A stretch of 64,000 bases of DNA from an uncultured Gemmatimonadaceae bacterium (GTDB lineage: Bacteria > Gemmatimonadota > Gemmatimonadetes > Gemmatimonadales > Gemmatimonadaceae): NCBI GenBank assembly GCA_963740355.1, contig CAVUDW010000003.1, positions 448,001 to 512,000 on the forward strand. Direction: 5' to 3'. Positions 49,190 through 58,162 of the stretch are shown here, in pieces. The notes under the pieces were generated by a model. The model ran no database searches. It saw nothing but the letters and a program-made list of their open reading frames with translations, and was not told the DNA's origin. Numbering within the stretch: the first letter of the stretch is position 1; each line of letters opens with the position of its first letter. A program made the translations under genes and the position numbers.

Positions 49190-50026
49190 TTATTTCACCT
49201 TCGGAAACTGGTCGTCCTCGGTCGCGCGCGTGTTGCGCCATAGCAATTCGCTTGACTGCACGTCCTTGCGGCCCGCCAGGAACAGATTCCAGCCATTGAT
49301 GATCATCGCCGCGACCGACGGCCCGCGCAGCTGCGTCTTGGCGCCCTTGCCGCGCATGCTGAGGAGCCGCTTCCGCAACTCGAACGCTGGATTGCCCTTC
49401 CCGATGTTCTCGCCTTCCTGGATCAATTCGATCCATTCCTCGGCCCTCCTCGCGTGTTTCTCGTGCGCGAGACAATACACCATCGCCAGCTGCGCATGCG
49501 GCTGGATCACGCTGCTCTGCACCACCTGCTCCACGGCATCGGGCAGGAACGGGTGCGCCTTGATCGTGCGCTGCAGGGCGGCATACGACACCGCCGGTCC
49601 ACTACTCGCCAGTTTATCCAGGTCGTAGTAGTAGAGCGATTTGGCGGCGGCTGCCAGCTTCCTCGCATTGGCGACGCCGTTGATCTGCATCGCATCCGCC
49701 ACCGACCGCGGTTTGTTGGTATCGATGACGGCCATGGCGCGCGGATCAAGATTTCGGGCCACGTAGACGCTGATCGACCGACCGCTCTGCACGACCGCCG
49801 TCAGCCGGTGCTGGCCGTCGATCAGCTCGCCCTTTCGGTTGAATCGCACCGGGTCAAAAGTCTGCCGCCAGTCGCCGCGGCGAATGTCGTCGGCGAGCCG
49901 GTCCACATGCGTGGCGTTCAGACGACGATTCGCGCCCATGGTCGACAACCACTCGGTCGCGAGTTCCGGCGTGACCTCGACGAGTTCGAGGCTTGCATCG
50001 GTGCTTGCAGGGGGCACGGTGATCAC
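49190..50026 (-). CDS. ParB/Srx N-terminal-like (DGQHR) protein of the phage/mobile-element type (start uncertain)
   Basis: VTPELATEWL..NRRL....V.RLADDIRRGDW...DPVRF...GELIDGQHRLTAVV..IDTNKPRS. Confidence 0.8.
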   Translation of the reverse strand: MITVPPASTDASLELVEVTPELATEWLSTMGANRRLNATHVDRLADDIRRGDWRQTFDPVRFNRKGELIDGQHRLTAVVQSGRSISVYVARNLDPRAMAVIDTNKPRSVADAMQINGVANARKLAAAAKSLYYYDLDKLASSGPAVSYAALQRTIKAHPFLPDAVEQVVQSSVIQPHAQLAMVYCLAHEKHARRAEEWIELIQEGENIGKGNPAFELRKRLLSMRGKGAKTQLRGPSVAAMIINGWNLFLAGRKDVQSSELLWRNTRATEDDQFPKVK

Positions 50027-50451
50027 CTGAGCGTGGGGTGGTTGGCCGCAGCGAGACCGGCTGCGTATGACCGCGCCGACACTGGGGACGCTGTCATGCT
50101 CGCAACGTACGGCGACGCACGTCTGCCGGTCAATTCGCGGCGCGAAACGAAGCCCGCAACCACCACGACGGCTCGCAGGCGACAAAGCCGCTGTCTCAGC
50201 GATGATTGCGGCCTGGCGCTCAGGAGACATCGCCGTCTACAGACCTGGTATGCGTCGAATCACGTGCGCGGGAAGGTCACCACAGAGCCAGGTCGCGACG
50301 GCATGGAGGCCCATCGTCTCGGTGGCGACGCGCGTCGAATGCGCGCGGCTGGCGCTCGCGCCCGCCAGCGATCACTGCATCATCGGGGCAACGCGACGAA
50401 TCCGCCGTGTGTGCACGCCGCGCGGCGAGCCTCGAATTCCACGCACAATTG

Positions 50452-50601
50452 CAACGTGTTGCGTGCCTTTGACTTACCCTACGAGTCCCAACGTGTCCTC
50501 GCGAATGTGTGCGGGATTCAGTCGCTGAATACGACCACGATCAACGACTCGACTCCGCACACGGCGACGCTGTAAGTCCCCGTATGTCCCCGTGTGTCGC
50601 G
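50452..50601. promoter_or_regulatory. IHF-like site, palindromes and 10-bp tandem repeats upstream of the recombinase
   Basis: CAA-cgtg-TTG at 50452, ATTCAG-tcg-CTGAAT near 50516, and GTCCCCGT at 50576 and 50586. Confidence 0.5.
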
Positions 50602-53201
50602 TCCACGTGACGCCGATTGCACATACGATGGCCGCCCTCGTGCAGGGCACCGCGGCCCCCAGCGGCCTGCACACAGCCTCCGGTACGCTCGCCGTACAAC
50701 CCGATCCGAGGCTGATCATGCAGACCACGCACGCACCGCTCGACCCGTCGCACCCCATCACGCTCCCGATGCTGCGCGTCGCGGCGTCCGTGCTCGACGA
50801 AACCGTCATTGCCGCCGCAACGCGGCGCTCCGCACTCTCCGATCTCGAACATACGCTGGCCACGCAGCTCAACGCCCATCTCCAACTCGGCTCTGAACCC
50901 GAAGCGCGCATTCAGTTGGACCCACCTGCGCATCTGGGTCGCGCACCGATGGACATCCGTGCCTTTCTGCCTGGCAGCGCGATGGCCGCACACGCCCGGG
51001 CGAAGCGGCTGAAGCACGAGCGGCCCGACAACGCGCGTCGTCGGATCGAACGACTGCTGACGGCGCTCGCGCCGTGGGCGCTGTCCGCACGCGCGTCGGC
51101 AACGCCCTGCCCCGTGCTGACGGAGTTCCACACCCTCGCCAACCGCGTGGGAGACGTGAGCGCGGTCACCGGGAAAGAGCAGCGCAGGATCGGACATCTG
51201 CAGCTCGGCATGCGCCGTTTCGCGCGCATCGCGGCTTCACACGGCGTCATCACCGTTGCGGAGCTCCCGACGACCACCGATGCGATGATCACGATGCTCG
51301 CCACGTGGGGCCTGGCACCCTCGCTGCGCAACCACATGATGTGGACGCTCCGCGCCGTACGGCGGCTGCTCGCTGACGACATCGTCGCGCCACGCCTCCC
51401 CTCGTGGTCGCCGGTGTCCATCGGCGACAATCAGCAGCAGCGCATCGATGAGCGACTCCCTGAACTGGCGCGCGACGTGGAGACCTGGGAGTCGCTGTCG
51501 TCGATGAAGGTCGGCGACCGCGCCGCCGGGAATCGCTCGCGCACGGCGCATGAGGCGCTCACCGCCAAGACGCAGTACGTATACCGCGCCGCCATGCGGC
51601 AGTGGGCGTCCGCGCTGCTGACGCTCGTCGACCGTGGACTGCTCACGATTCCGGACCTGCCTGCGCTGAACGTCGAATCGTTGTGGTCGACCAGCGCTGA
51701 AGGGAGCGCACCACGACCGCTGCCAGGCAACGCGGAGGCGCTGTTGGCGGAACGTCGTGCGCGCCGTGGGCGGCCCACAAATCGAGCGGACGTTCGCGTC
51801 GTCCGCCCCCTCGCCCTCGCGGTGATCGATCTGGCACTCGACCATGGCCTGTTTGAGCGCGCCGCGCGCGATGCTGACGGACACTGGCCGAAGTCTGCGG
51901 CGCAGATGGCATTCCGACTGTGGAGCATCACGGAACGGGTCGCGCTCGGCACTGATGGCGACGAGGCATCGGAATTGCTCGCGCTCCGAGCCATCTGGAC
52001 GGCACACCTGCCATCGATGAAGGACATCCTTACGAAGGAGTCGTTTGTGAAGGATCACGTTCGCATGCTGCAGATGGTCACGCTGCCGCAGGTCGTCTGT
52101 TTGATCCTCCCGTGGTGGACGCTGCACGAACTCCCTCGTCTCGAGCGCGAGGCAATCCAGCTGCGCATCCGTGCCTCACGGCCGGGTGCATCCCAGGCGT
52201 CAGCGGCCCGTGCACGTGAGGCGCATGAGGCATTCATCGCTGGGCTCGATGCGTACATCGCCCTCGCGACGTTCGTGGCCGAGCCGAGCCGGATCACCAA
52301 CGTCACAAATGCACGCACGGGGAAGGAGGTGATGATCGACGCGGAGTGGTCTCACAGCGGTGACCTGCTCGCATTGCACGGCATCGGGACGAGCTTTCCC
52401 GGTCGTGATGAAGGCGAGATCGCCGAGGTGACGACCAAGACTGGTGAGGCCCGGCCGACGTGGCGCTGGTCGCCGACGATCATCGACCGGCGCTGGTTCG
52501 CGCGGTACCTCAAAGAGTCGTGGCTCCCCGCGTTGCGCGCCACAGGACACGTGAAGCACGACGAGACGCTGCAGTCCGCGGTTGCCAGTGGACGATTCGC
52601 GTGGTTTGCCAATGCCGACCCGCGCAGTGATCGCGCACAGGCCGTCGCGGGTGCGTTCCGCGCCACGAGCAGCGTGGCGGAGCGATTCGGTTACGCCCTG
52701 CTGCTGGGGCTGCGCGCGATGGGTCGCACCGATCTCCCGACCAGCGTCGACACGGCAGCAGTCGAAGGATACGCGTACATGTTCCGCCCCCATGCCGCTC
52801 GGCTGTGGTGGGGCACGTACTGGTTCATGCGAGGCGAGCACGGTCCGAAACGCGCACGTCCTGATGGTGGCGTCGATGCGGTGTCGGGCTGGCAGGTCGC
52901 GATGCGGGCGACGTGCGACAAAATGGTGACGCTGGAGAAGCACTATGTGAAGCTGAGCGCCACGATGCAGGAACTGATGCGAAGCCCGCTCACGTCGGTT
53001 GAGCATCCCAACGCGTATGATCATCTGCTCGACCGGACGTGGTGGCACGATGCGCCAACCGATTGGAAGCGCGTCTGGCGCGACCCGAAGACGGTGTTGC
53101 CCGGCAACCTTCGCGCACTGGTTGAACGCGACGGAGCGACACCACCACCGTCTCGGCCGTCGTGCCGCAGCGGCACCCGACGCCGAGCTATGGCGGCGTA
53201 A
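50592..53201 (+). CDS. Very large divergent tyrosine recombinase-like protein (likely start ATG 50718)
   Basis: Catalytic residues in the expected order (869-aa numbering): R567 (AEPSRITN), K616 (TTKTG), H734xxR737 (RPHAARLWWGT), D776 at Y-9, Y785 (TLEKHY). Confidence 0.72.
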   Translation: MCRVHVTPIAHTMAALVQGTAAPSGLHTASGTLAVQPDPRLIMQTTHAPLDPSHPITLPMLRVAASVLDETVIAAATRRSALSDLEHTLATQLNAHLQLGSEPEARIQLDPPAHLGRAPMDIRAFLPGSAMAAHARAKRLKHERPDNARRRIERLLTALAPWALSARASATPCPVLTEFHTLANRVGDVSAVTGKEQRRIGHLQLGMRRFARIAASHGVITVAELPTTTDAMITMLATWGLAPSLRNHMMWTLRAVRRLLADDIVAPRLPSWSPVSIGDNQQQRIDERLPELARDVETWESLSSMKVGDRAAGNRSRTAHEALTAKTQYVYRAAMRQWASALLTLVDRGLLTIPDLPALNVESLWSTSAEGSAPRPLPGNAEALLAERRARRGRPTNRADVRVVRPLALAVIDLALDHGLFERAARDADGHWPKSAAQMAFRLWSITERVALGTDGDEASELLALRAIWTAHLPSMKDILTKESFVKDHVRMLQMVTLPQVVCLILPWWTLHELPRLEREAIQLRIRASRPGASQASAARAREAHEAFIAGLDAYIALATFVAEPSRITNVTNARTGKEVMIDAEWSHSGDLLALHGIGTSFPGRDEGEIAEVTTKTGEARPTWRWSPTIIDRRWFARYLKESWLPALRATGHVKHDETLQSAVASGRFAWFANADPRSDRAQAVAGAFRATSSVAERFGYALLLGLRAMGRTDLPTSVDTAAVEGYAYMFRPHAARLWWGTYWFMRGEHGPKRARPDGGVDAVSGWQVAMRATCDKMVTLEKHYVKLSATMQELMRSPLTSVEHPNAYDHLLDRTWWHDAPTDWKRVWRDPKTVLPGNLRALVERDGATPPPSRPSCRSGTRRRAMAA

Positions 53202-53289
53202 GCCGGCACCGTGCCCGCAGTGCATTCTGCGGGCACGGTGCCGGTCTCACTGGTGCTCCGCGCACGGCTTGTTGCACGTGCCGCGAACG

Positions 53290-53553
53290 TCAGAGGCTGT
53301 CGTCGACTCCGCGGATCGTCGACAGATGCTGTCGGATGAGGCTCGCATCACCATGTACCAGACCATGGACGCCCGTCTTTCGTTTCTTGAGGTCGAGCGC
53401 CTGCACCCAGTAGTGACGCAGCGCCGCATCATCGGAGGGAAGGAGCCGACGGCGGAGCGTCTTCACGCACACGCCAACGAGGACTGCGATTTCAGACAGC
53501 GTGAGTCGGCCTGGGCCGGCGGAGCGCCTGCGGCGCGGATTCTGTGAGGGCAT
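53290..53553 (-). CDS. Small HTH protein (excisionase/RDF-like)
   Basis: LTLSEIAVLVGVCVKTLRRR HTH pattern; basic, 87 aa, convergent with the recombinase. Confidence 0.6.
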   Translation of the reverse strand: MPSQNPRRRRSAGPGRLTLSEIAVLVGVCVKTLRRRLLPSDDAALRHYWVQALDLKKRKTGVHGLVHGDASLIRQHLSTIRGVDDSL

Positions 53554-53630
53554 GGTGAGGGTGTACGGGGGCTGACGGGCTCACCGCAACAGTCACCCGG
53601 TCCACGCGCTCGAGGGGGCGCAGAGGCGCG

Positions 53631-53912
53631 TCAGCTACGGGCGCGACGGAGCACCATGTTCCATGTCGTCGCGCCCAACAGCGCTGCGGCACCGGCGTAA
53701 ATCATATGCATCGCCGGAAAACCGTGGACGAGGATCACCCCGCTTGCCATCGAGACTCCACCCGCCGTGCCAAGCAGCAGCGGGCCGACCTTTCCATGAC
53801 AGCGTTGCCCGTGCCAGAATCCCCATGTCGCAACGACCAGCGAGGCGAGCATCAGCGGCCAGAGCACCGCATCGTTCCGCAGAAAGTCGAGCCCCAGCGC
53901 CGTGACTAATCG
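53631..53912 (-). pseudogene. merC: 5'-truncated MerC-like mercury transporter
   Basis: TALGLDFLRNDAVLWPL...HGKVGPLLLG...ATTWN. An in-frame TGA lies upstream and the N-terminal Cys-containing helix is missing. Confidence 0.62.
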
Positions 53913-54034
53913 TCAGTGCGTATCGCGAACCCTGCAACGAAAGGGCAACGGAGTTCGAGTGCGCCGGTTGGACGCTGAGGCGCATCGCTGCAGGAGCGTA
54001 TCGGCCGCATGGACCGATGCGCCCCTGAACTCGA

Positions 54035-54406
54035 TTACGCCGCCGCCATCGTGCGGCAGGCCTCCGCGCACTTACGGCATGCTTCGGCACAGATGCGGCA
54101 ATGGTCGTGCTGCGCCGAGTGCTTCTCGCACTCAGCCGCGCAGGCATCGCACGCGTCGGCGCACGCGGCACACATGATTGACGAGAGTGGGCCGCCGCGT
54201 GCCATCACACGTACAGCGGCCGAACACACCTCGGCACAGTCGCGGTCGAGACGGATGCACGCGAGCAGCATGGCGTTATCCGACTCCGCCAGACAGGCGT
54301 CGGAGCACATTTCGCACGCGACGAGACACGCTACGCACGCCTCGATGCACTCATGGTTCTTCGCTCCAGCGCCGTGCAGATACGTCTTGAGTTCGATTGC
54401 CGTCAT
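54035..54406 (-). CDS. Four-helix-bundle copper storage protein (Csp3/DUF326-like)
   Basis: 19 Cys in CxxC/CxxxC spacing, ending HDHCRICAEACRKCAEAC; no signal peptide. Confidence 0.9.
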   Translation of the reverse strand: MTAIELKTYLHGAGAKNHECIEACVACLVACEMCSDACLAESDNAMLLACIRLDRDCAEVCSAAVRVMARGGPLSSIMCAACADACDACAAECEKHSAQHDHCRICAEACRKCAEACRTMAAA

Positions 54407-54477
54407 GAAATGCTCCGCAGTGAATCGTGATGTGATGTCGCTCTATGTGGTACGAGCACCGCCGTGATCAGACTGTA

Positions 54478-55005
54478 CTACTTCCTGTGCTTCATGGCCT
54501 CCTCATGGATCGCGGCGAGATGCGTGATGCGCATCTCGTGCGCCGGCATCATTGCAGCCAGCCCCGTCGCACTCATGCCTGACATCTGCTTCAGATCGGT
54601 ACGGAGAGAGTCGCTGAGCGCACTCCACGCTGGCGTGCGGGTCATCTTCATGCTGCGCATCTGCTCGGTCATCTGCGACAACATGCCGTCGACCATCTTC
54701 TTGTGGTCCGGCAGCATGGACTTCATCATCGCATTATCGGCACCCTTCATGGCGGCCATGTGCGCGGTCATCGCGGCGGACATCCCAGGCATCGACGACC
54801 TGGACGACATTGCAGACATGCTGTCGGTTCCGCGTGGCGGCATCATGCCATTCATGCCACCCATGACACCCGAATCGCCGCGCATGCTATTCGCGGACAT
54901 CGCTGCTCCGCTGTCCGTTCGCGCGCCATCGTTCTTGCCGCACGCGGCCATCAGCGGCAGCACCGCGACAATCGTCCAGCTGAGAAGGCTTGATCGTGCC
55001 ATCAT
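54478..55005 (-). CDS. Met/His-rich lipoprotein, putative Cu(I) binder
   Basis: Lipobox MAAC; about 31 Met in 175 aa; helical His residues near the C-terminus. Confidence 0.7.
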   Translation of the reverse strand: MMARSSLLSWTIVAVLPLMAACGKNDGARTDSGAAMSANSMRGDSGVMGGMNGMMPPRGTDSMSAMSSRSSMPGMSAAMTAHMAAMKGADNAMMKSMLPDHKKMVDGMLSQMTEQMRSMKMTRTPAWSALSDSLRTDLKQMSGMSATGLAAMMPAHEMRITHLAAIHEEAMKHRK

Positions 55006-55617
55006 GTTATTCTCCGGTCAAAAGACTGCGAGACCGCATTGCCCGAAGGCGTCAGTATGACGCCGTGCGTCGACGGCAGGTGCGATGCCTGGCAGGGAGA
55101 TCCACGCTCGCCTCGACATGCTTCTTTTACGACGCATAAACGCGGCCATCGCTTCACATCCGTACATGTGCACCGGCCCCATGTGTCCGTCACGGCATCG
55201 GTCCGCATCATGTACGCACGCCGAGATAGGTGCGCTCCGGCATGCGTCTGGTGTGCTGGGACCTGAGACGTGCAGCACGTGCACACCGGAAGGCCGAACG
55301 GCGAGCCGGCATCGGTGACGCCAACGCTGCGCGCGACGCACAGCGAACCTCGTATCGCAAGTGCATATGGACATGTGCGCTGGGGAGATCGCGACCACGA
55401 GCGCGGATGGCTTTGGCGTTGACCACCGGCGTCAGCAGCACACCAATGGTGCAGGCGCAGACGCAGCAAGCGGAAGCGCAGCATGAGTGAATGGTGCGTC
55501 GCGCACGAGCGCATGACTCATCATCTCGTTGACGAGTACGGTGACCGACGTCAGTGGTGGTACGATTCGAGTATGCCTGCCCTATTGCCTCATGGGACGA
55601 TTCGCCCACCGACTACC

Positions 55618-56960
55618 GTGTGACGACGACGGTAGCTCAACCCGACATCGACGACGCGCTGCTCGACACGATTGAATGCCGCGCTCTCTGCTACTTCCTC
55701 GACATGGCACATCCGCTGACCGGCTTGGTCGCGGACAGCACGATGCCCGACACCGTCTGCAGCATTGCGGCGGTCGGCATGGCCCTCGGGGCGTACCCCG
55801 TCATGGTGGAGCGTGGACTGCTGTCGCGGGACGAGGCGGTCGAGCGTACCCTGCGCGTCCTTCGCTTCTTCCGCGACAGCCCGCAGGGCGAGGCTGCGGA
55901 CGCGACCGGGCATCGGGGCTTCTACTACCACTTCCTCGACATGGAGACGGGCCGACGGGCGTGGCGCTGCGAACTCTCGACCATCGACACGGCCCTGCTC
56001 CTCGCTGGTGCCCTTGCCGCTGCGTGCTACTTCGATGGGGACGCCGGGGGCGAGCCGGAGATTCGCACCGTCGCCGACGCGCTCTACCAACGAGTGGATT
56101 GGCACTGGGCACTGAATGGCGAACGAACGCTCACACACGGATGGCGACCGGAGTCGGGTTTCCTGCCCTACCGCTGGCGTGGATACGACGAGGCGCTGAT
56201 TCTGTACGTCCTTGCACTCGGCTCGCCGACGCACCCGATTACCGCCGACTGCTACACGGCGTGGTGCGCGACGTATGCGTGGAAATGCATCGACGGCCAC
56301 TGGCTGCTCTACGCCGGCCCGCTCTTCATTCACCACTTCTCCCACCTCTGGATCGATTTCCGTGGGATCCACGACGCGTTCATGCGTGACAAGTGTGCCG
56401 AGCTCGGCACGCCGTTCGACTATTTCGAGAATTCCCGCCGCGCCACACTCGTCCAAGGAGGCGTACGCCGTCCGCAACCCGCTCGGCTTTGCCGGCTATT
56501 GCGACTGCTGCTGGGGATTCACTGCCTGTCATGGCCCCGGCCCGGTCACGGAGGTCGTAGACGGCGTGGAGCGCCGGTTCCTCGGGTACAGCGCGCGCGG
56601 TGCGCCGTACGGGCCGGACGACGGTACGATTGCGCCGTGGGCGGCGGCCACCTCGCTCCCATTCGCCCCGGAGGTCGTGCTCCCCACGCTCCGCCGATTT
56701 CATGCGCTCCATGTTGGGGAGCGCAGCCGCTACGGGTTCGAGTCCGCATTCAACCCCACGTTTCCGGGGCAGGATGACGACGGAGGCGGCTGGACATGCC
56801 CCTGGGTCTACGGCATCGACCAGGGCGCGCTCGCGCTGATGTTCGAGAACCACCGCACGGGGCTCGTCTGGGATCGGCTACGGCGCTCGCCCCACCTGCG
56901 GGCCGGACTCCGTCGCGCCGGGTTCGACGGCGGGTGGTTGGACGCGCTGGCCGACTCCCG
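55618..56960 (+). CDS. Glucoamylase-family (GH144-like, putative beta-1,2-glucanase) protein, frameshifted near 56457; 3' end uncertain
   Basis: SIAAVG, GFYYHFLD, ELSTIDTALL, WRGYDEAL, GPLFIHHFSHLWIDFRG, then in the next frame DDGTIAP and YGIDQG. Confidence 0.82.
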
Positions 56961-57042
56961 CCAGCGCCGTCAGTCCAGCTGCACAACCATCGCACTCGAC
57001 CTTGTCCTCGTCATCCTCACCACTCCTTCAGGCTCCATCGCC

Positions 57043-58122
57043 ATGACTGATCCTCGAACCATCCGCGTCGCCGTCAACGGCTACGGCGTCATCGGCAAGC
57101 GCGTCGCCGACGCAGTCGCTCTTCAGAACGATATGACGCTGGCCGGCGTCGCCGACGTGGCGACGGACTGGCGCGTCGCCGTGGCCCGCGCCAAGGACTA
57201 TGCACTATACGGTGCAACGCCCGAGCACACCCTAGCGATGACGGAGGCCAAGCTCGACCCGCCGGTCCCCTCGATGACCTGCTGAACGCTGCTACATCGT
57301 CGTGGACTGCACGCCGAAAAAAGTGGCCGCCCAGAACATCGCGCGCTATCGCGAGCGCAAGATTCGATTCATCCTGCAAGGTGGCGAACAGCACGCGGTC
57401 ACGGGGCACTCGTTCACGGCCAGAACGAACTACCACTCCGCACTCGGGCGCCACAGCACGCGTCGTGGTCGTGCAACACTACCTCGACGGTACGGACGCT
57501 CGCCGCGCTCAAGCGGCAGGTCTGCTCAAACGAGCGCGCGGCACGTTGCTGCGCCGTGCCACCGACCCGTGGGAGGCCACGCTCGGCGGCATCGTGAACA
57601 CCCTCGTCCCCGAGCCGGAAATTCCCAGCCATCAGGGTCCCGACGCGCAAACCGTCGACCCCGATCTCGATGTGGTGACGATGGACGGTCGAGGTGCACG
57701 GAGACCGTTGCGCATCTGCACTACTCTGGGCCGTGCAACTCACGCGAACGGCCTCGAAGGATGAGGTGCTCGCTGCCTTCCGCACCTCGACCCGCATTGC
57801 GTTCATGCACACGTCCGACGGTCTCGTCGCACTGAATTCAGTCAAGGAGCTGATGTCTGATCTCGGTCGACCCAACGCCAACCTCTACGAGGTCGCACTC
57901 TGGGCGGACATGCTGACTGTGCAGGGGGACGAGGCGTTCTACGCGTACATGGTCGATAATCAGGCCATCGTCATCCCCGAGACCATCGACGCCATCCGAG
58001 CGCTCACGGAACAGGAGGCGGACGGCGCGGAGTCGATCCGGAAGACCAATGCCGCCCTCGGTATCACGGGGCGATTGGTGCCCGAGTCAGGGCGTCACGT
58101 GGGCCCAGCGACGGTGATCTAG
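57043..58122 (+). CDS. Archaeal-type (class II) glyceraldehyde-3-phosphate dehydrogenase, several frameshifts
   Basis: [51 protein letters not shown] across 4 or more frame segments. Confidence 0.85.
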
Positions 58123-58162
58123 CCACGACTACCCCGCGTTCGATGCCAGCATAGTCGTCGTG

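Noticed and set aside
50592..53201. Protelomerase or integron integrase identity for the large recombinase
   Set aside because: The motif reads HxxRxxxxT with Asp at the H/W position; no long perfect telomere palindrome, IntI-specific features or attI are visible. Not excluded without a structural search.
56212..57285. Glucoamylase-GAPDH fusion protein
   Set aside because: The region is indel-rich, GAPDH has its own ATG at 57043, and the linker is not protein-like; a lost stop is more likely.
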